64,000 nt of DNA from an uncultured Chloroflexia bacterium (lineage in GTDB: Bacteria > Chloroflexota > Dehalococcoidia > GIF9 > UBA5629), in NCBI GenBank assembly GCA_963752975.1, contig CAVWAG010000007.1, positions 1,793-65,792 on the forward strand, given 5' to 3'. The position numbers and the translations under genes were made by a program. Shown here one piece after another: positions 28,233 to 40,076 of the stretch (the first letter of the stretch is position 1; each line of letters starts with the position of its first letter). The notes under the pieces were generated by a model. That model did not search any database. It was not told the DNA's origin and was given only the letters and a program-made list of their open reading frames with translations.

Positions 28233-28778
28233 CGGGTCCCCTCTTTCTTTTACTTAACGGGATAAAGCTCAATTTCTGGCCGCCGACCTTTTTGTTATAC
28301 AGCAGAAGGCTTTGCTCCGGCAGTTTATCATCGAACTGCGGCCTGAAATACGCGCTCGGCTGGTGATCGGCCGACACCGCCAGTTTCTCCTTATTCATGA
28401 CCAGGTCACCCCGGCGGTATTTTGCGCATTCATAGCTCAGCCCCATGGCCAATGCATCATAAGGGCACGATTCAACACACAGCCCGCAGAAAATGCAGCG
28501 TCCCGTATCGATTTCAAATTTATCAACGATAAATTTGCTCTCCTCGCCCCTGTGAGTAACGATGATGATATTAGCCTGGGGACAGCTTTTGGCGCAGGTA
28601 GCGCAACCCGTGCATTTATCAGGAAACCACACCAGTTCGTTGCCGCGGATCCGCCTGCAGTGTTCAGTTTCTCGTCGGGATACTGAACTGTAATAGGCGA
28701 CCTGAAGAGGTGCTTAAAGGTAAGCGCCATGCCTTTGGCAATACCTATGCCATACCGTTCAAACTTCAACCCTGCCAC
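28225..28778 (-). pseudogene. nuoI: NADH-quinone oxidoreductase subunit I, frame-disrupted as assembled
   Basis: The N-terminus is MAGLKFERYGIGIAKGMALTFKHLFRSPITVQYPDEK (28437..28778 frame). The remainder is ...RRIRGNELVWFPDKCTGCATCAKSCP...CIFCGLCVESCP (28225..28632 frame, 2x 4Fe-4S). The shift is at the T3 (A3 coding) run at 28668-28670. Confidence 0.85.
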
Positions 28779-29864
28779 CTCCTAATGTGAATAGCCTGGA
28801 CCAGAGCAGGATTAATAAAGCGGCAAATCCAAAATTCAATATGATCATCAACCACTGCATTGTGCCCACCAGTACCTCTATGGCAATAATCAACATGTTG
28901 ATGACGGCCATGGGCAGCAAAAACTTCCAGGCGAACGACATCAATTGGTCGACTCTCAATCGCGGCAGGGTAGCGCGCATCCAGATAATGACACTGAATA
29001 TCATAAATACTTTGATAATGAACCAGATAAGCGGGGGCAGCAACGGACCCTGCCAACCACCCAGGAACAGGGTGGTGATGATACCGGCATAGGCCAGCGC
29101 ATACCGTATTCTCCCAGATAGAACATGGCAAATTTCATGCCGGAGTACTCGATATGGTATCCGGCGACAATCTCCGAATCAGCTTCCAGCAAATCAAAGG
29201 GACGAGCGGTTCATTTCCGCCAGGCAGCCCAGGAAAAATATCATGAATCCCAGAGGCTGCAATAATATAAATGGTATGGTTTGAGATTCAACGATTTTAA
29301 TCATGGAGAAGGAACCCGCTACCAGGGCCACCCCGACCAGTGACAGGACTACGGGCAACTCATAGCTAACCATCTGGGCAATTGCCCGCATACCTGCTAT
29401 CAGCGAATATTTGTTATTGGATGCCCAGGCGGCCATGAAAATGCCGATTACCGAGATGGAGCTGATCGCTATCACGATAAATGATGCCGACGTTTAAATC
29501 AACTAATATGGCGCTTTCGCTGATGGGGATAACTGCAAATATCAAAAGTATGGGCACAAAAACTATTACCGGGGCTATGAAATGTATAAGCTTGTCGGCC
29601 TTTTCAGGCACTATATCCTCTTTCAAAAGGATTTTAATCGCCGTGGCAATGGGCTGAAAGATGCCTTCCGGGCCGCAACGGTTGGGGCCGGTGCTTATCT
29701 GGAAGCGGCCCAGCAACCGCCTTTCCCACCAGATAAAAACTATAACCACGTAAGGATGAAGACAATGATGAGCAGGATACCGACAACTGCGGGCGTCAGA
29801 TAAACTGCCCAGTCCGGCCAGTTTGCGCCTTAAGCAGCAGTTGAAATTGATCAAGCAGGGTCAT
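28759..29864 (-). pseudogene. nuoH: NADH-quinone oxidoreductase subunit H, at least 3 frame disruptions
   Basis: Fragments 29414..29854, 29194..29475, 29001..29192 and 28759..29043 together give WERRLLGRFQISTGPNRCGPEGIFQPIATAIK..., [37 protein letters not shown]... and LPRLRVDQLM. The start is MTLLDQF at 29864. Confidence 0.85.
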
Positions 29865-30969
29865 CCGGTCTATCTCTCCAAGCACAACATCGATGCTGCC
29901 GAAAATAATGATCAGGTCAGCAACCTTCCAGCCGATCACCATATCCTTCAGCGCAGTGATATTGATCAAGGTGGGCGGATAAATATGTACACGGTATGGC
30001 GCTATCGACCCATCACTTACAATGTAGAAACCCATATTTCCCTTGGAGCTTCAATATACCCGTAAGCTTCGCCCTTGGGCGGCCTGAAAAACTGGGGCAT
30101 ATCCGCGCAAACCGGGCCTTTTCAGGTATCTGGGCGATGGCCTGTTCGAGGATGCGTACGCTCTGCCTGATCTCCTGCATGCGTACCCAGTACCTGTCAT
30201 AGCAGTCCCCGCTATCACCGGTGGGCATTTCAAAATCAAATCTGTCATAAATCGAATAGGGGTCCATCTTGCGGATATCCCATTTCACGCCGCTGGCGCG
30301 CAAGACCGGACCGCTTGCCCCGATGTGCGATGGCCGTATCCCTTGGCAGAATGCCTACGCCCTTGCTGCGTGCCAGCAATATCTCATTCTGCGCCAGCAA
30401 CTGGTCATATTCATCAATATATCTGGGCATCTCGGCCACGAATTTTTTCACCGCCGGCATAAAATCTTCCGGCAGATCCTGGCTGACACCGCCGATGCGC
30501 ATATAGTTATACAGCAGGCGCTGACCGCAGACCATCTCGAACATATCCATGATCTTCTCACGTTCCCGCCACATGTAAAGTACCGGGGTCATCATCGCTC
30601 CCAGATCATTCAGGAAGAAACCAACAGCCATCATGTGGCTGGAGATCCGCATTATCTCAGAGAAGATAATGCTGTAGATATTCTGCCCTTTCAGGGACTT
30701 TGATGGCGCCGAGCTTTTCAACGGCCATGCAATAGGCGAGATTATTGGTCATCGATGACAGGTAATCCAGCCGGTCGGTGAACGGGATATTCTGGGTATA
30801 GGTACGCGTCTCGGCCAGTTTTTCAATTCCGCGGTGCAGGTAACCGATGATCGGCTCCAGGCCAACTACGACCTCACCGTCCAATGTCACGCTTAAGCGG
30901 AATACGCCATGTGTTGAAGGGTGCTGAGGGCCGATATTCAAGATAAAATGGCTCGGTCCGGATGGCCAT
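29865..30969 (-). pseudogene. nuoD: NADH-quinone oxidoreductase subunit D, at least 4 frame disruptions; no stop before nuoH
   Basis: Fragments are [24 protein letters not shown]...[13 protein letters not shown] (30657..30969), 30245..30721, 30013..30303, and 29796..30035 (...GFYIVSDGSIAPYRV...GSIDVVLGEIDR). The last fragment reads straight into the nuoH ATG. Confidence 0.85.
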
Positions 30970-31411
30970 TATAAATAATCCCTCCGCAGAGGATGGCCGA
31001 CAAACCCTTCCCAGAGCAGAAGGCGCCGCATATCCGGATGCCCGTCAAATTTAATACCGAACAGGTCAAATATCTCCCGCTCCTGGTAATATGCGGCGCG
31101 CCAGACCGGCATCACGGACGGCACAACCGGATTTTCCCTGTATGAAACAACGCGTTTTCAATATCAAACTCTGGTTATTTTTCAGGGAAACAAGCCTGTA
31201 AACGATCTCCATGTAGTCAAGGAAATCCACGGCAGTTACAAACGTCAGGTAATCAAAATCCAGGCCGGCCGTGTTTTTCAGGTAGCCGGCAACCTGCAGC
31301 AGCTTGTTGCGCGTCAACTAAAATATCAGCTTTACCGGTGGAGATCACCGAGCCGGTAATAGCCTCCTGCAGTTTCTTCCCGGTTTCTTCACAGTTAATT
31401 GCGACGGTCAC
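30969..31411 (-). pseudogene. nuoC: NADH-quinone oxidoreductase subunit C, at least 2 frame disruptions
   Basis: The start is the GTG at 31411. The pieces give ...RNKLLQVAGYLKNTAGLDFDYLTFVTAVDF... and ...[40 protein letters not shown]. The TAATG stop/start overlaps nuoD. Confidence 0.82.
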
Positions 31412-31433
31412 TTGGCTTATTACCTGCTGCTGC

Positions 31434-31922
31434 TTATTTTAAGGCCAGATTCGGATTGTCAATGGTCCCTTTGATCATTTTGGCGTGCAGTTGCGTGATA
31501 CCATAGATAAGGCCCTCCGGTCGCGGAGGGCAACCCGGTATATATACATCTACCGGCAAAATCCGGTTTATACCCGGTACAACACTATATGACTCCCTGA
31601 ATGTACCACCGCTGACGGCGCAGGCCCCCATGGCGATCACCCACTTCGGTTCGGGCATCTGGTCATAAACCATCCTGATAGCCGGCGCCATTTTCCAGGT
31701 TACCGTGCCCGCTACAATCATCAAATCCGCCTGACGCGGGGACCAGCGGAAGATATCCATGCCAAACCTGGAAACATCGAACCGCGAGGCCGCCATGCCG
31801 ATCATTTCAAAAGCGCAACAGGCAAGGCCGAACATCAGCGGAAAAATCGACCTCTGCCTGGCCCAGGCAATAGCCGTATCCACTGTCGTCAATAATAGAT
31901 TGCGTTGCAGCTTCTTCATCAA
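31434..31922 (-). CDS. nuoB: NADH-quinone oxidoreductase subunit B
   Basis: A 162-aa protein with [18 protein letters not shown] and IPGCPPRPE motifs. ORF 31807..32040 (its ATG overlaps the nuoA stop) may be its true N-terminus displaced by another indel near 31925-31935. Confidence 0.88.
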   Translation of the reverse strand: MMKKLQRNLLLTTVDTAIAWARQRSIFPLMFGLACCAFEMIGMAASRFDVSRFGMDIFRWSPRQADLMIVAGTVTWKMAPAIRMVYDQMPEPKWVIAMGACAVSGGTFRESYSVVPGINRILPVDVYIPGCPPRPEGLIYGITQLHAKMIKGTIDNPNLALK

Positions 31923-32030
31923 GCCATCTATCCGGGTCAGGAAACTGGCTGGTACATTGTCGCATAAAAGAGTTGATGAGTTGGCCTTCTGCCAGGTCAG
32001 CTTCCTGGGGCGTAGATACTTCTGGCCTGT

Positions 32031-32402
32031 TTATTTCCATTGCAGGGCTCCCTTGCGCCAGGCGTAAACATATCCAATTGTCAGTATAACCAGGAATACA
32101 CCCACCGCGACAAGCCCGCCGATACCCAGTTCCTTGATATTAACAGCCCAGGTATAGAGGAAGATGGTCAGCATATCCAGCAAAACGAATAGTACTGCGA
32201 AGAAATAGTATCTAAAATTGAACTGCACCCAGTTTTTCCCGATCGTCTGCATGCCGCATTCATACTGCCCTGATTTAGTCGGGTTCTTCTTGTGCGGAAT
32301 CAGGCCTATCAACTGCAGTAGCTTCGGTAAAAGCGGGATGGTGATGGTAAAACCTATAGCTATTATGAGAAGTATTCCAACATAACCGTATTGTTCAAGC
32401 AA
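32031..32402 (-). CDS. nuoA: NADH-quinone oxidoreductase subunit A
   Basis: A 123-aa protein with 3 TM helices and a YECGM motif. It is the first gene of the operon. Confidence 0.88.
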   Translation of the reverse strand: MLEQYGYVGILLIIAIGFTITIPLLPKLLQLIGLIPHKKNPTKSGQYECGMQTIGKNWVQFNFRYYFFAVLFVLLDMLTIFLYTWAVNIKELGIGGLVAVGVFLVILTIGYVYAWRKGALQWK

Positions 32403-32564
32403 TTTGTGATATCTCCTCGGTTAAAAGCCGTTGGATAGTATATTACAATACTCAAAAAGATGTCAAAACGAATTCAGCGAGTTTGACTTACGAACAATGC
32501 AGGGTATTATAATTAGTGCTCGGATTATTATTCCATTTAATATTACTCTTGAACATCAGCCAAA

Positions 32565-33117
32565 ATGCGTATTACCGGTGGCTCCGCCAAAGGACAGATT
32601 ATTAAATCCCCTCAAAGCGTTGCTGTCCGTCCTACTACGGATAAAGTTCGCGAGGCAGTCTTCTCAATACTGGGCGCATTAGCCAATAATTGGGATAGCG
32701 GGCCTTGATCTATTTGCCGGCAGTGGCGCGCTGGGGATCGAGGCCTTGAGCCGTGAGGTTGGATGGGTCGATTTTGTTGACCAGAGCAGTAAATGCTGCC
32801 TGGTAATCAAGCAGAATTTAATCAAAACAGGATTTATTGATAAAGCTCATGTATACTGTTGCCCGGTTATGAAAGCAATCAGTTTCCTGGAGCGCAGCTA
32901 CGACATGGTATTTGTTGACCCGCCGTATGCCGATAATTCCCTCAGCACCCTGATACCTGTTTTAGCCAGGTCGACTTTTATTTCCCGGGACTCGGTCATT
33001 TTAGTATCGCATGCCTCACGCAATATTCTCGACCAGCAGTACGGTAGCCTGTCAAAGATTAAAGAGAAGCGATATGGCGATACCTGCATTTCAATATACC
33101 AGAAAGGAGGTTGCATC
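32565..33117 (+). pseudogene. rsmD: 16S rRNA (guanine966-N2)-methyltransferase RsmD, frameshifted; reads in frame into coaD
   Basis: MRITGGSAKGQIIKSPQSVAVRPTTDKVREAVFSILG... is followed, after a shift near 32700, by LDLFAGSGALGIEALSRE...VFVDPPY. There is no stop before the coaD TTG. Confidence 0.8.
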
Positions 33118-33598
33118 TTGACCACTGCTATTTATCCCGGCAGTTTCGACCCCATTACCAACGGGCACCTCGACATTATAAAGAGGGCGTCATCCATATT
33201 TGAGAAGGTGATTCTCGGTATTTATGATATACCGCAGAAATCGCTGCTTTTTTCAGTTAAGGAAAGAGTGGACCTGGCCCGCCAGGCGGTAACAGATTAC
33301 AAGAACGTCGAGGTGATTGTCATACTCAGGGATTACAGTGGAGTTTGCCCGGAAAGCTAAAGCCCAGGTGCTGGTACGCGGTTTGCGCGCCAGTTCAGAT
33401 TTCGAACGTGAATTCGAGATGGCGCTAATGAATAAAAAACTTGCTCCGGACATAGAGTTAGTATGCTTCATGGCAAATCTGAGATATCAGTTCTTGAGTT
33501 CAAGCCTGTTGAAAGAGATAATCCAACTCGGCGGCAATCTCGATGACATGGTGCCTCAAGGGGTCAGCGCCGCCTTGAAGAAGAAACTCCTGTCGTAA
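33118..33598 (+). pseudogene. coaD: Phosphopantetheine adenylyltransferase, frameshifted
   Basis: A TTG start lies 7 nt after AAAGGAGG. The product begins TTAIYPGSFDPITNGHLDIIKRAS and, after a shift near 33320, continues YSGITVEFARKAKAQVLVRGLRASSDFEREFEMALMNKKL. Confidence 0.85.
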
Positions 33599-33678
33599 GA
33601 CATAAAAACAGGATATAATCTCTATAGCCTGTTTTGCCTGACTGTTTATATAAATAAATACTTGGAGGTTTAAGGAAA

Positions 33679-33942
33679 ATGGCCTATATCATAACCGACG
33701 ATTGCATTAGCTGCGGCGCCTGTGAAGCGGAGTGCAAGAACGAAGCTATTAAAGAGGGAGAATCAATTTATCAAATAGATGCGGCCAAGTGTACCGAATG
33801 TATAGGCTGGTTCGATAAGCCGAAATGCGCCGAAGTATGCCCGGTGGACTGCTGCGTCGCTGACCCGAATCATAAGGAAAGCAAGGATCAACTTCTGGAC
33901 AAATGGAAGAAATTACACCCGGGTAAAACGCCGAAAGCTTAG
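33679..33942 (+). CDS. 4Fe-4S ferredoxin (YfhL-like)
   Basis: An 87-aa protein with [11 protein letters not shown] and CTEC...CAEVCP cluster motifs. Confidence 0.85.
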   Translation: MAYIITDDCISCGACEAECKNEAIKEGESIYQIDAAKCTECIGWFDKPKCAEVCPVDCCVADPNHKESKDQLLDKWKKLHPGKTPKA

Positions 33943-33969
33943 CTCAGGCTTCCTTCATTTAAATTTCAT

Positions 33970-34686
33970 ATGTTGACTATTGACCTTGATCTGTTAAAGA
34001 TCAACGGGTGTGAGTTTATTCTGGATGCCGGATGCGGGGCCGGCCGGCATATCTGGCAGGTATGCAAGGTGAACAAGGGGGCATCGGTTGCCTTTGACCT
34101 CGATGTGGCAAGCCTTCAGAACGCCAGGTGTATGCTGTACCAGATGGATTTAAAAGGGGAATCTGCAGGCCCATGGCACTTGGTATCAGGCAGTATAACC
34201 AGGCTGCCGTTCGACGACGCTTTTTTTCATAAAGTAATCTGTTCGGAGGTATTGGAGCACATACCGGACGATTTTCAAGCGGTGTCTGAATTAACACGTG
34301 TGCTCAAACCCGGTGGTATCCTGGCAGTCAGTGTGCCTTCCCATTTTGCGGAGTCGGTATGCTGGAAGATATCCGACGATTATCACAATACCCCGGGTGG
34401 ACATATCAGGATATACAAACAGCAGGATATTCTGGAATTGCTGAGGAAATTTAACCTGGATGTATTTGCCATACGCTATAAACACGCATTGCATTCCATG
34501 TATTGGTGGTCCAAAGGACTTTTCGGACTGAAGAACGAAAAGGCCTTGATACCTTCTCTATATAATAAATTCCTGGTCTGGGATATTTACACGCATCATA
34601 AATATACCGGATGGTTTGAGAACGGGCTCAACCGAGTAGTTCCCAAGAGCACAGCCATTTACTGCCGCAAGCCGGCGGCAAATTGA
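33970..34686 (+). CDS. Class I SAM-dependent methyltransferase
   Basis: A 238-aa protein with ILDAGCGAGRH (motif I) and LKPGGILAVSV. The substrate is unknown. Confidence 0.8.
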   Translation: MLTIDLDLLKINGCEFILDAGCGAGRHIWQVCKVNKGASVAFDLDVASLQNARCMLYQMDLKGESAGPWHLVSGSITRLPFDDAFFHKVICSEVLEHIPDDFQAVSELTRVLKPGGILAVSVPSHFAESVCWKISDDYHNTPGGHIRIYKQQDILELLRKFNLDVFAIRYKHALHSMYWWSKGLFGLKNEKALIPSLYNKFLVWDIYTHHKYTGWFENGLNRVVPKSTAIYCRKPAAN

Positions 34687-34710
34687 TGCGAACCGATAAG
34701 GCACACACCG

Positions 34711-35509
34711 CTATTTACTATCCAGGGCCTTAGCTTTTTGATAAGCAGCGGACACCGCGTTGATTATCAGTGATCTGAATCCCCCCATTTCGAGGCTGAG
34801 CAGCGCCTCAGCCGTAGTGCCTCCCGGTGAAGTAACCATGTTCTTTAATTCTGCCGGGTGCAAGGCCATTTTTTTCATAGCTTCAGCGGATCCCACGATT
34901 GTTTCGATTACAAGCTTGCTGGCAACACTCCTCGGCAATCCGATATGGACACCCGCATCAATCAGAGATTCAATAAAAAGGAAAACATAGGCAGGCCCGC
35001 TGCCGCTCACCGCGGTAGCCATGTCGATATATTTTTCATCCTCAAAATATTGCTCGGCGCCCATCGCAGCCAGGATAGAACGGACCATCTCATGCTGCGG
35101 CCCGGATAATTCCCCGGTAGACGTCCAGGCCGTCATACCTTTGCCCACCTGTGCCGGTGTATTCGGCATAGCCCTGGCCACCAGCCTGTAATCCAGATGA
35201 CGGCAAAGCGACTCGAGGCTTATCCCGGCCGCTATCGATATCACCAATTGCGATTTCAATTGCCCCGCTATTTGCTTCATAATGGGAACGAGTTCATGCG
35301 GTTTCACGGCAAGGACAACTGCATCCGCGCCGATTACAGACCCGGCAATTATCAGCGGTTACCGGTATCCCATATTTTTTAACAGGTAATCGCGGCTTTG
35401 CGCCGATAATCGCTGACAACAATATCCTGCTTGCCGGCCAGCTTCTTCCTGAGAATGCTTTTACCACCGCTCTGCCCATGGTTCCGCCGCCGACTATCGC
35501 AACTTTCAT
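34711..35509 (-). pseudogene. proC: Pyrroline-5-carboxylate reductase, frame-disrupted
   Basis: The N-terminus is MKVAIVGGGTMGRAVV (35294..35509). The C-terminal 198 aa (34711..35307) carry AMPNTPAQVGKGMTA and VTSPGGTTAEAL. At least two shifts lie between 35300 and 35440. Confidence 0.85.
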
Positions 35510-35512
35510 AAT

Positions 35513-36189
35513 TCAACTCCTTTCGCCGAAAATAGCCCGGCCTATCCGCACCATGGTTGCACCTTCCTCGATGGCGACCTCGAAATCGTCGCTCATGCCC
35601 ATGGAAAGTTCCCTTAAATCATAGGATTCGATTGAGTTTTCTTAACCCTGCAAATAGCGGCCTCAGTATCCTGCTGCGTCATCAACCTGAGGCGCAATAG
35701 TCATCAAGCCCAGGGGATCCAAATTTGGCAACCTGCAATTGAGCTGATCGCGCTGTCCAATTCATCTTCGCCAAAGCCGAATTTGGTGCCTTCACCTGCA
35801 AGATTAACCTGTATAAATACAGGCACCTTCTTAACAGCCCTCTCATTTATCAAACACGCCAGGCGCAAGTATCAACGCTATGTATGATGTCCACGATCTC
35901 AATTGCGTCCCCGACCTTGTTGGACTGCAAATGCCCGATAAAATGGAGTGTGAAAGTGGAACGGCAATCTGCCAGTTGCTCCAGCTTGGCAGTTGCCTCC
36001 TGGATCCTGTTTTCACCGAAATCGGTCAATCCGCAACTTATCGCGTCTACGTATTGCCTGCTGAGAGAAGTTCTTGGTGACAGCTATAATTCTTACGGCA
36101 GACGGATCCCGGCCACTTCTCCGGCATGCCCCGGCGATGCGGCCGCGCAATTCCGCGATATTCTCATGAATACTATACCTTGAATCCAT
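35513..36189 (-). pseudogene. yggS: YggS-family pyridoxal-phosphate homeostasis protein, several frame disruptions
   Basis: MDSRYSIHENIAELRGRIAGACRRSGRDPSAVRIIAVTKNF...FGENRIQEA...HFIGHLQSNK...[27 protein letters not shown] is readable only by hopping frames. Confidence 0.8.
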
Positions 36190-36264
36190 AGCCGCCAACT
36201 GACCGCTAAAGGGAACCGGCTTCACTCATATATTTTCTCATCAGCGGCCTGGGCTTCCGGTGCA

Positions 36265-37453
36265 TCATCCTCCACATTGCGCACTTTTCCCGGCGGCGGA
36301 AAGCGTTTCCCGGTAGTATTCATGCTGAATAATGAGATTCATAATTTCACTCGTGCCCGTCCAGATAATCGAAAGCCTGGCGTCCCTGAGCATTTTCTCA
36401 ATGGGATATACATTTGTATATCCTATACCGCCCACTACCTGCATGGCATTATTAATGATCTCCCAGGCCGCCTCCGTGGCAAATTTCTTGGCTTCAGATA
36501 CCAGCCTCCTCGAGTAACCCGTGCTTCCCATAGCGTCTACAGCGGTAGCAGCACCGTATACCAGGGTGCTGGCGGCATCAAGCTTGGTTACACTGTCGGC
36601 TATCCTGAAACTGACGCCCTCGAACTCACGTATCTTGCGGCCGAAAGCTTTCCTTTTGTCACTGTATTTTGTGGCAACTTCAAGAGCCGCCCTGGCCAGT
36701 CCCACCACACCCGCAGCGGAGGTCATCCTCTCAGGGATCATCATCTGATTGAATACATCCGCGCCCCTGTTCAAACCCAAAACCAGGTTCTCCTTGGGTA
36801 CCCTGGTATTCTTAAATACCAGCCTGCCTGCGCCGCCACCCCTGGTGCCCAGCAATCCGTAAATATATTTAGCTTCAACGCCCATGTCCCTCTCAACAAT
36901 GAAGGCGCTTATCGATTTCCCCGGCGTGCCTTCAGTACGTGCATAGACCAGGAAAATATCCGCCCCGTCCGCGCCAACCACAAATCTTTTTTGCCCGTTC
37001 AGTATAAAATGGTCACCTTCCTGTACCGCGGTCGTGGTTGCGCCAAAGAAATCGGAACCTCCCCGCGGTTCGGTTAAAGCTTCGGCACAGAAAATCTTTC
37101 CCTTTTAGCAGGGGCTCCAGGTACTTTTTTTTCTGCTGGTCCGATCCAAATACATCGAGCGCTTCACCAACTATACTGACCAGTGAAAACAGGCAGCCCA
37201 GCGACATCCCCAGGACACCTATCTCTTCCAGCGCAATTATTTCATCAACCCACTTCAAACCCCTTCCGCCGTATGCCGGGTTAAATCTCAGTCCCAGCAG
37301 TTTACTGGTGGCAAGGCTGACCACGTATTCACGCGGGTACCTCACCTTATCAGCATCCATATCTAAGAGAAGTTGCTTGGGCACAGACTTAACGAATTTT
37401 CGTACCTCTTCCCTTAGTGCCCTCTGCCTGTCTGTTAATAATGATTCCAGCAT
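36265..37453 (-). pseudogene. Acyl-CoA dehydrogenase, frame-disrupted
   Basis: ORFs 37013..37453 and 36265..36981 are the N and C parts. The bridging segment [37 protein letters not shown] is readable in a third frame. Confidence 0.82.
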
Positions 37454-37506
37454 GTTTTCACCTCACAAATCCGATATATTTCCGCAAAAGTTCAGATCCG
37501 GATACC

Positions 37507-39959
37507 TTATTTTAATACTATATTTAAGAGCTTGCCGGGCACATAGATAATCTTAGCAATACTTTTACCTGCGACGTAGCCTTTTATGCGTTCCTGTTCA
37601 AAGGCCAGCTTCCTGGCGTCTTCCTCCGTGATATTGACCGGTACGGAGAGCTTATCCCTGAGCTTACCATTGACCTGTATAACCAGGGTGGTTTCTTCAT
37701 CGGCAGCAAGTTCCCGTGTCCCATTTCGGCCAGGACTGATTGTGAATACTATACTTGTAGCCGAGTTGCTGCCATAGCTCTTCAGTCATATGCGGCGCGG
37801 AAGGGGCCAGCAGCAGCAGCAGTGTCCTGGCCGCTTCATCCCACACCGAGCTCCGTACAGACCCGTTCTCCTGTACCCTGCTCAACACATTGCTGTATTC
37901 CATCAAAGCCGCCAGCATAGTATTGAAACGGAAACGTTCCATATCCTCTGTGGCTTTCTTAATCGTTTTGTGCATGATCCTCAGCCATTCTTTCTGCGCA
38001 TCCGCGTCAAGCTGCTTCTCCTGATATTGGACTGATAGCAGGTTCCATACCCTTTTCAACCACCGGCCCATACCGATGATACCGTTATCATTCCACTCGC
38101 CACCCTGCTCCCACGGACCAACAAACATCAGATAAACGCGGACGGCATCGGCGCCGATGTCAGAAACATACTCATCAGGGTTAACCACATTGCCTTTTGA
38201 CTTACTCATCTTTTCACCCTGGCACACAATGATGCCCTGGTTAAACAGGCGCGTAAACGGTTCATCAAATTTTACGATCCCGATATCCCTGATAGCCTTA
38301 ATAAAGAAGCGGGAATAAAGAAGGTGCATCGTGGCATGTTCGGCGCCGCCCGTATAAAGATCTACGGGCATCCAATAATCGAGTTGGTCCCGGTTAAACG
38401 GGTATTTATCAGAAGTCGGACTGGTATACCTCAGGAAATACCAGGAGGAGCACATAAACGTGTCCATGGTATCGGTTTCCCGTTTTGCAGCAGCGCCGCA
38501 TTTCGGGCACCTGGTATTTACAAAGGATTCACAATATTTAAGCGGAGATTCTCCGGTTGGTTTGAATTCAGCATCAGGGGGCAAAAGTACAGGCAGTTCA
38601 TTCTCCGGTACGGGGATAATGCCGCATTTCGCGCAATATACCATGGGAATTGGTGCGCCCCAATACCTCTGACGGGAGATCAGCCAGTCCCGCAACCTGT
38701 ACGTAATAGTCTTGCCCCCCCAACCTTTCTCGGAGAGGAAATCACAGATGGCCGATATCATTTCCCCGTCGGATAAACCGTTAAACTGGGCCGAATTAAC
38801 CATGTGCCCGCCTTCCACGTGGGCCGCTTCCAGGTCCTTCCCGTCCCAGTTATCCGGCGCGACCACTAACCTGATAGGTATGCCATATTTTTTAGCAAAA
38901 TCGAAATCCCTCTGATCGTGAGCGGGGACCCCCATCACAGCGCCCGTCCCGTATTGAGGCAGGACATAATCCGCGATCCAAACAGGTACTTTTTCGCCGT
39001 TTACACGGTTGACAACATAGCTTCCCAGGAATACACCGGTCTTTTCAGTGTCAGCGGCTGTCCTTTCGAATTCTGTCTGCCTCTGTGCGCTGCGGATATA
39101 AGCTTCCACCTCAGCTTTCCTGCCGGGAACGGTCAATCCGGGGACCAGCGGATGCTCCGGCGCAAGTACAAAGAAAGTTACGCCGAATAAAGTATCCGGC
39201 CGCGTTGTGAAAACCCTGATTTCCTTCTCTTCGATACCCGGTTCATCCAGGCCGAAAGAGATATCTGCGCCATAGCTTTTGCCTATCCAGTTGGTCTGCA
39301 TGATCCGGATACGTTCCGGCCAATCGATCTTACTGAAATCAAGCAACTCATCAGCATACTTGGTGATTTTGAAAAACCACTGTTCAAGCCGCTTTTTCTC
39401 CACGGCGGTGTCACAGCGCCAGCAGATACCGTCGCCTACTACCTGCTCATTGGCCAGCACCGTCTGACATTTCGGACACCAGTTGACGGCGGCTTTCCCG
39501 CGATATGCCAGTCCGGCTTCATACAGTTTTAAGAAAAACCACTGTGTCCATTTATAATATTCGGGAAGACAGGTGATGACCTCCCTGTCCCAGTCATATA
39601 TAGCGCCTATGGTTCGCAACTGCCGGCGCATATTTTCGACATTTTGCAATGTCCAGACCGCTGGATTAATGCCGGTGGATATCGCCTTGTTTTCAGCGGG
39701 AAGTCCGAACGCATCGAAGCCCATGGGATGAAGCACATTATAACCCCGCATCATTTTATAGCGGGCATATACATCGGAAGGCGCCATGGCGTACCAGTGC
39801 CCGATATGCAGGTCGCCCGATGTATAAGGAAACATGGTCAAGGCATAAAATTTAGGCCTCGGATCATCTTCTTTAACCTCTGTACAAATGGTCCGCCGCC
39901 CACCTTTCCTGCCATTTCTTCTCGATTTCTTGTGGGTTGTAGTTAATTGCAGCTTTCAT
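37507..39959 (-). pseudogene. leuS: Leucine--tRNA ligase, two 1-nt frame disruptions at the ends
   Basis: The core 714-aa ORF (37697..39841) has HIGH (DLHIGH) and KMSKS. The true N-terminus MKAAINYNPQEIEKKWQERW starts at 39959 and is shifted at CC 39877-39878. The C-terminal tail LAADEETTLVIQVNGKLRDK...IIYVPGKLLNIVLK* is shifted at CCC 37713-37715. Confidence 0.9.
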
Positions 39960-40076
39960 AGTAGTCAGAATTTTAGCCTTTGAGGCTCAAGCGTCAACAT
40001 ATTGATGATTAATCAAGCTGACGTCATATGCCGGTAAACCGGAAATCTGATATCATAAATTCATATAGGATTTAAT

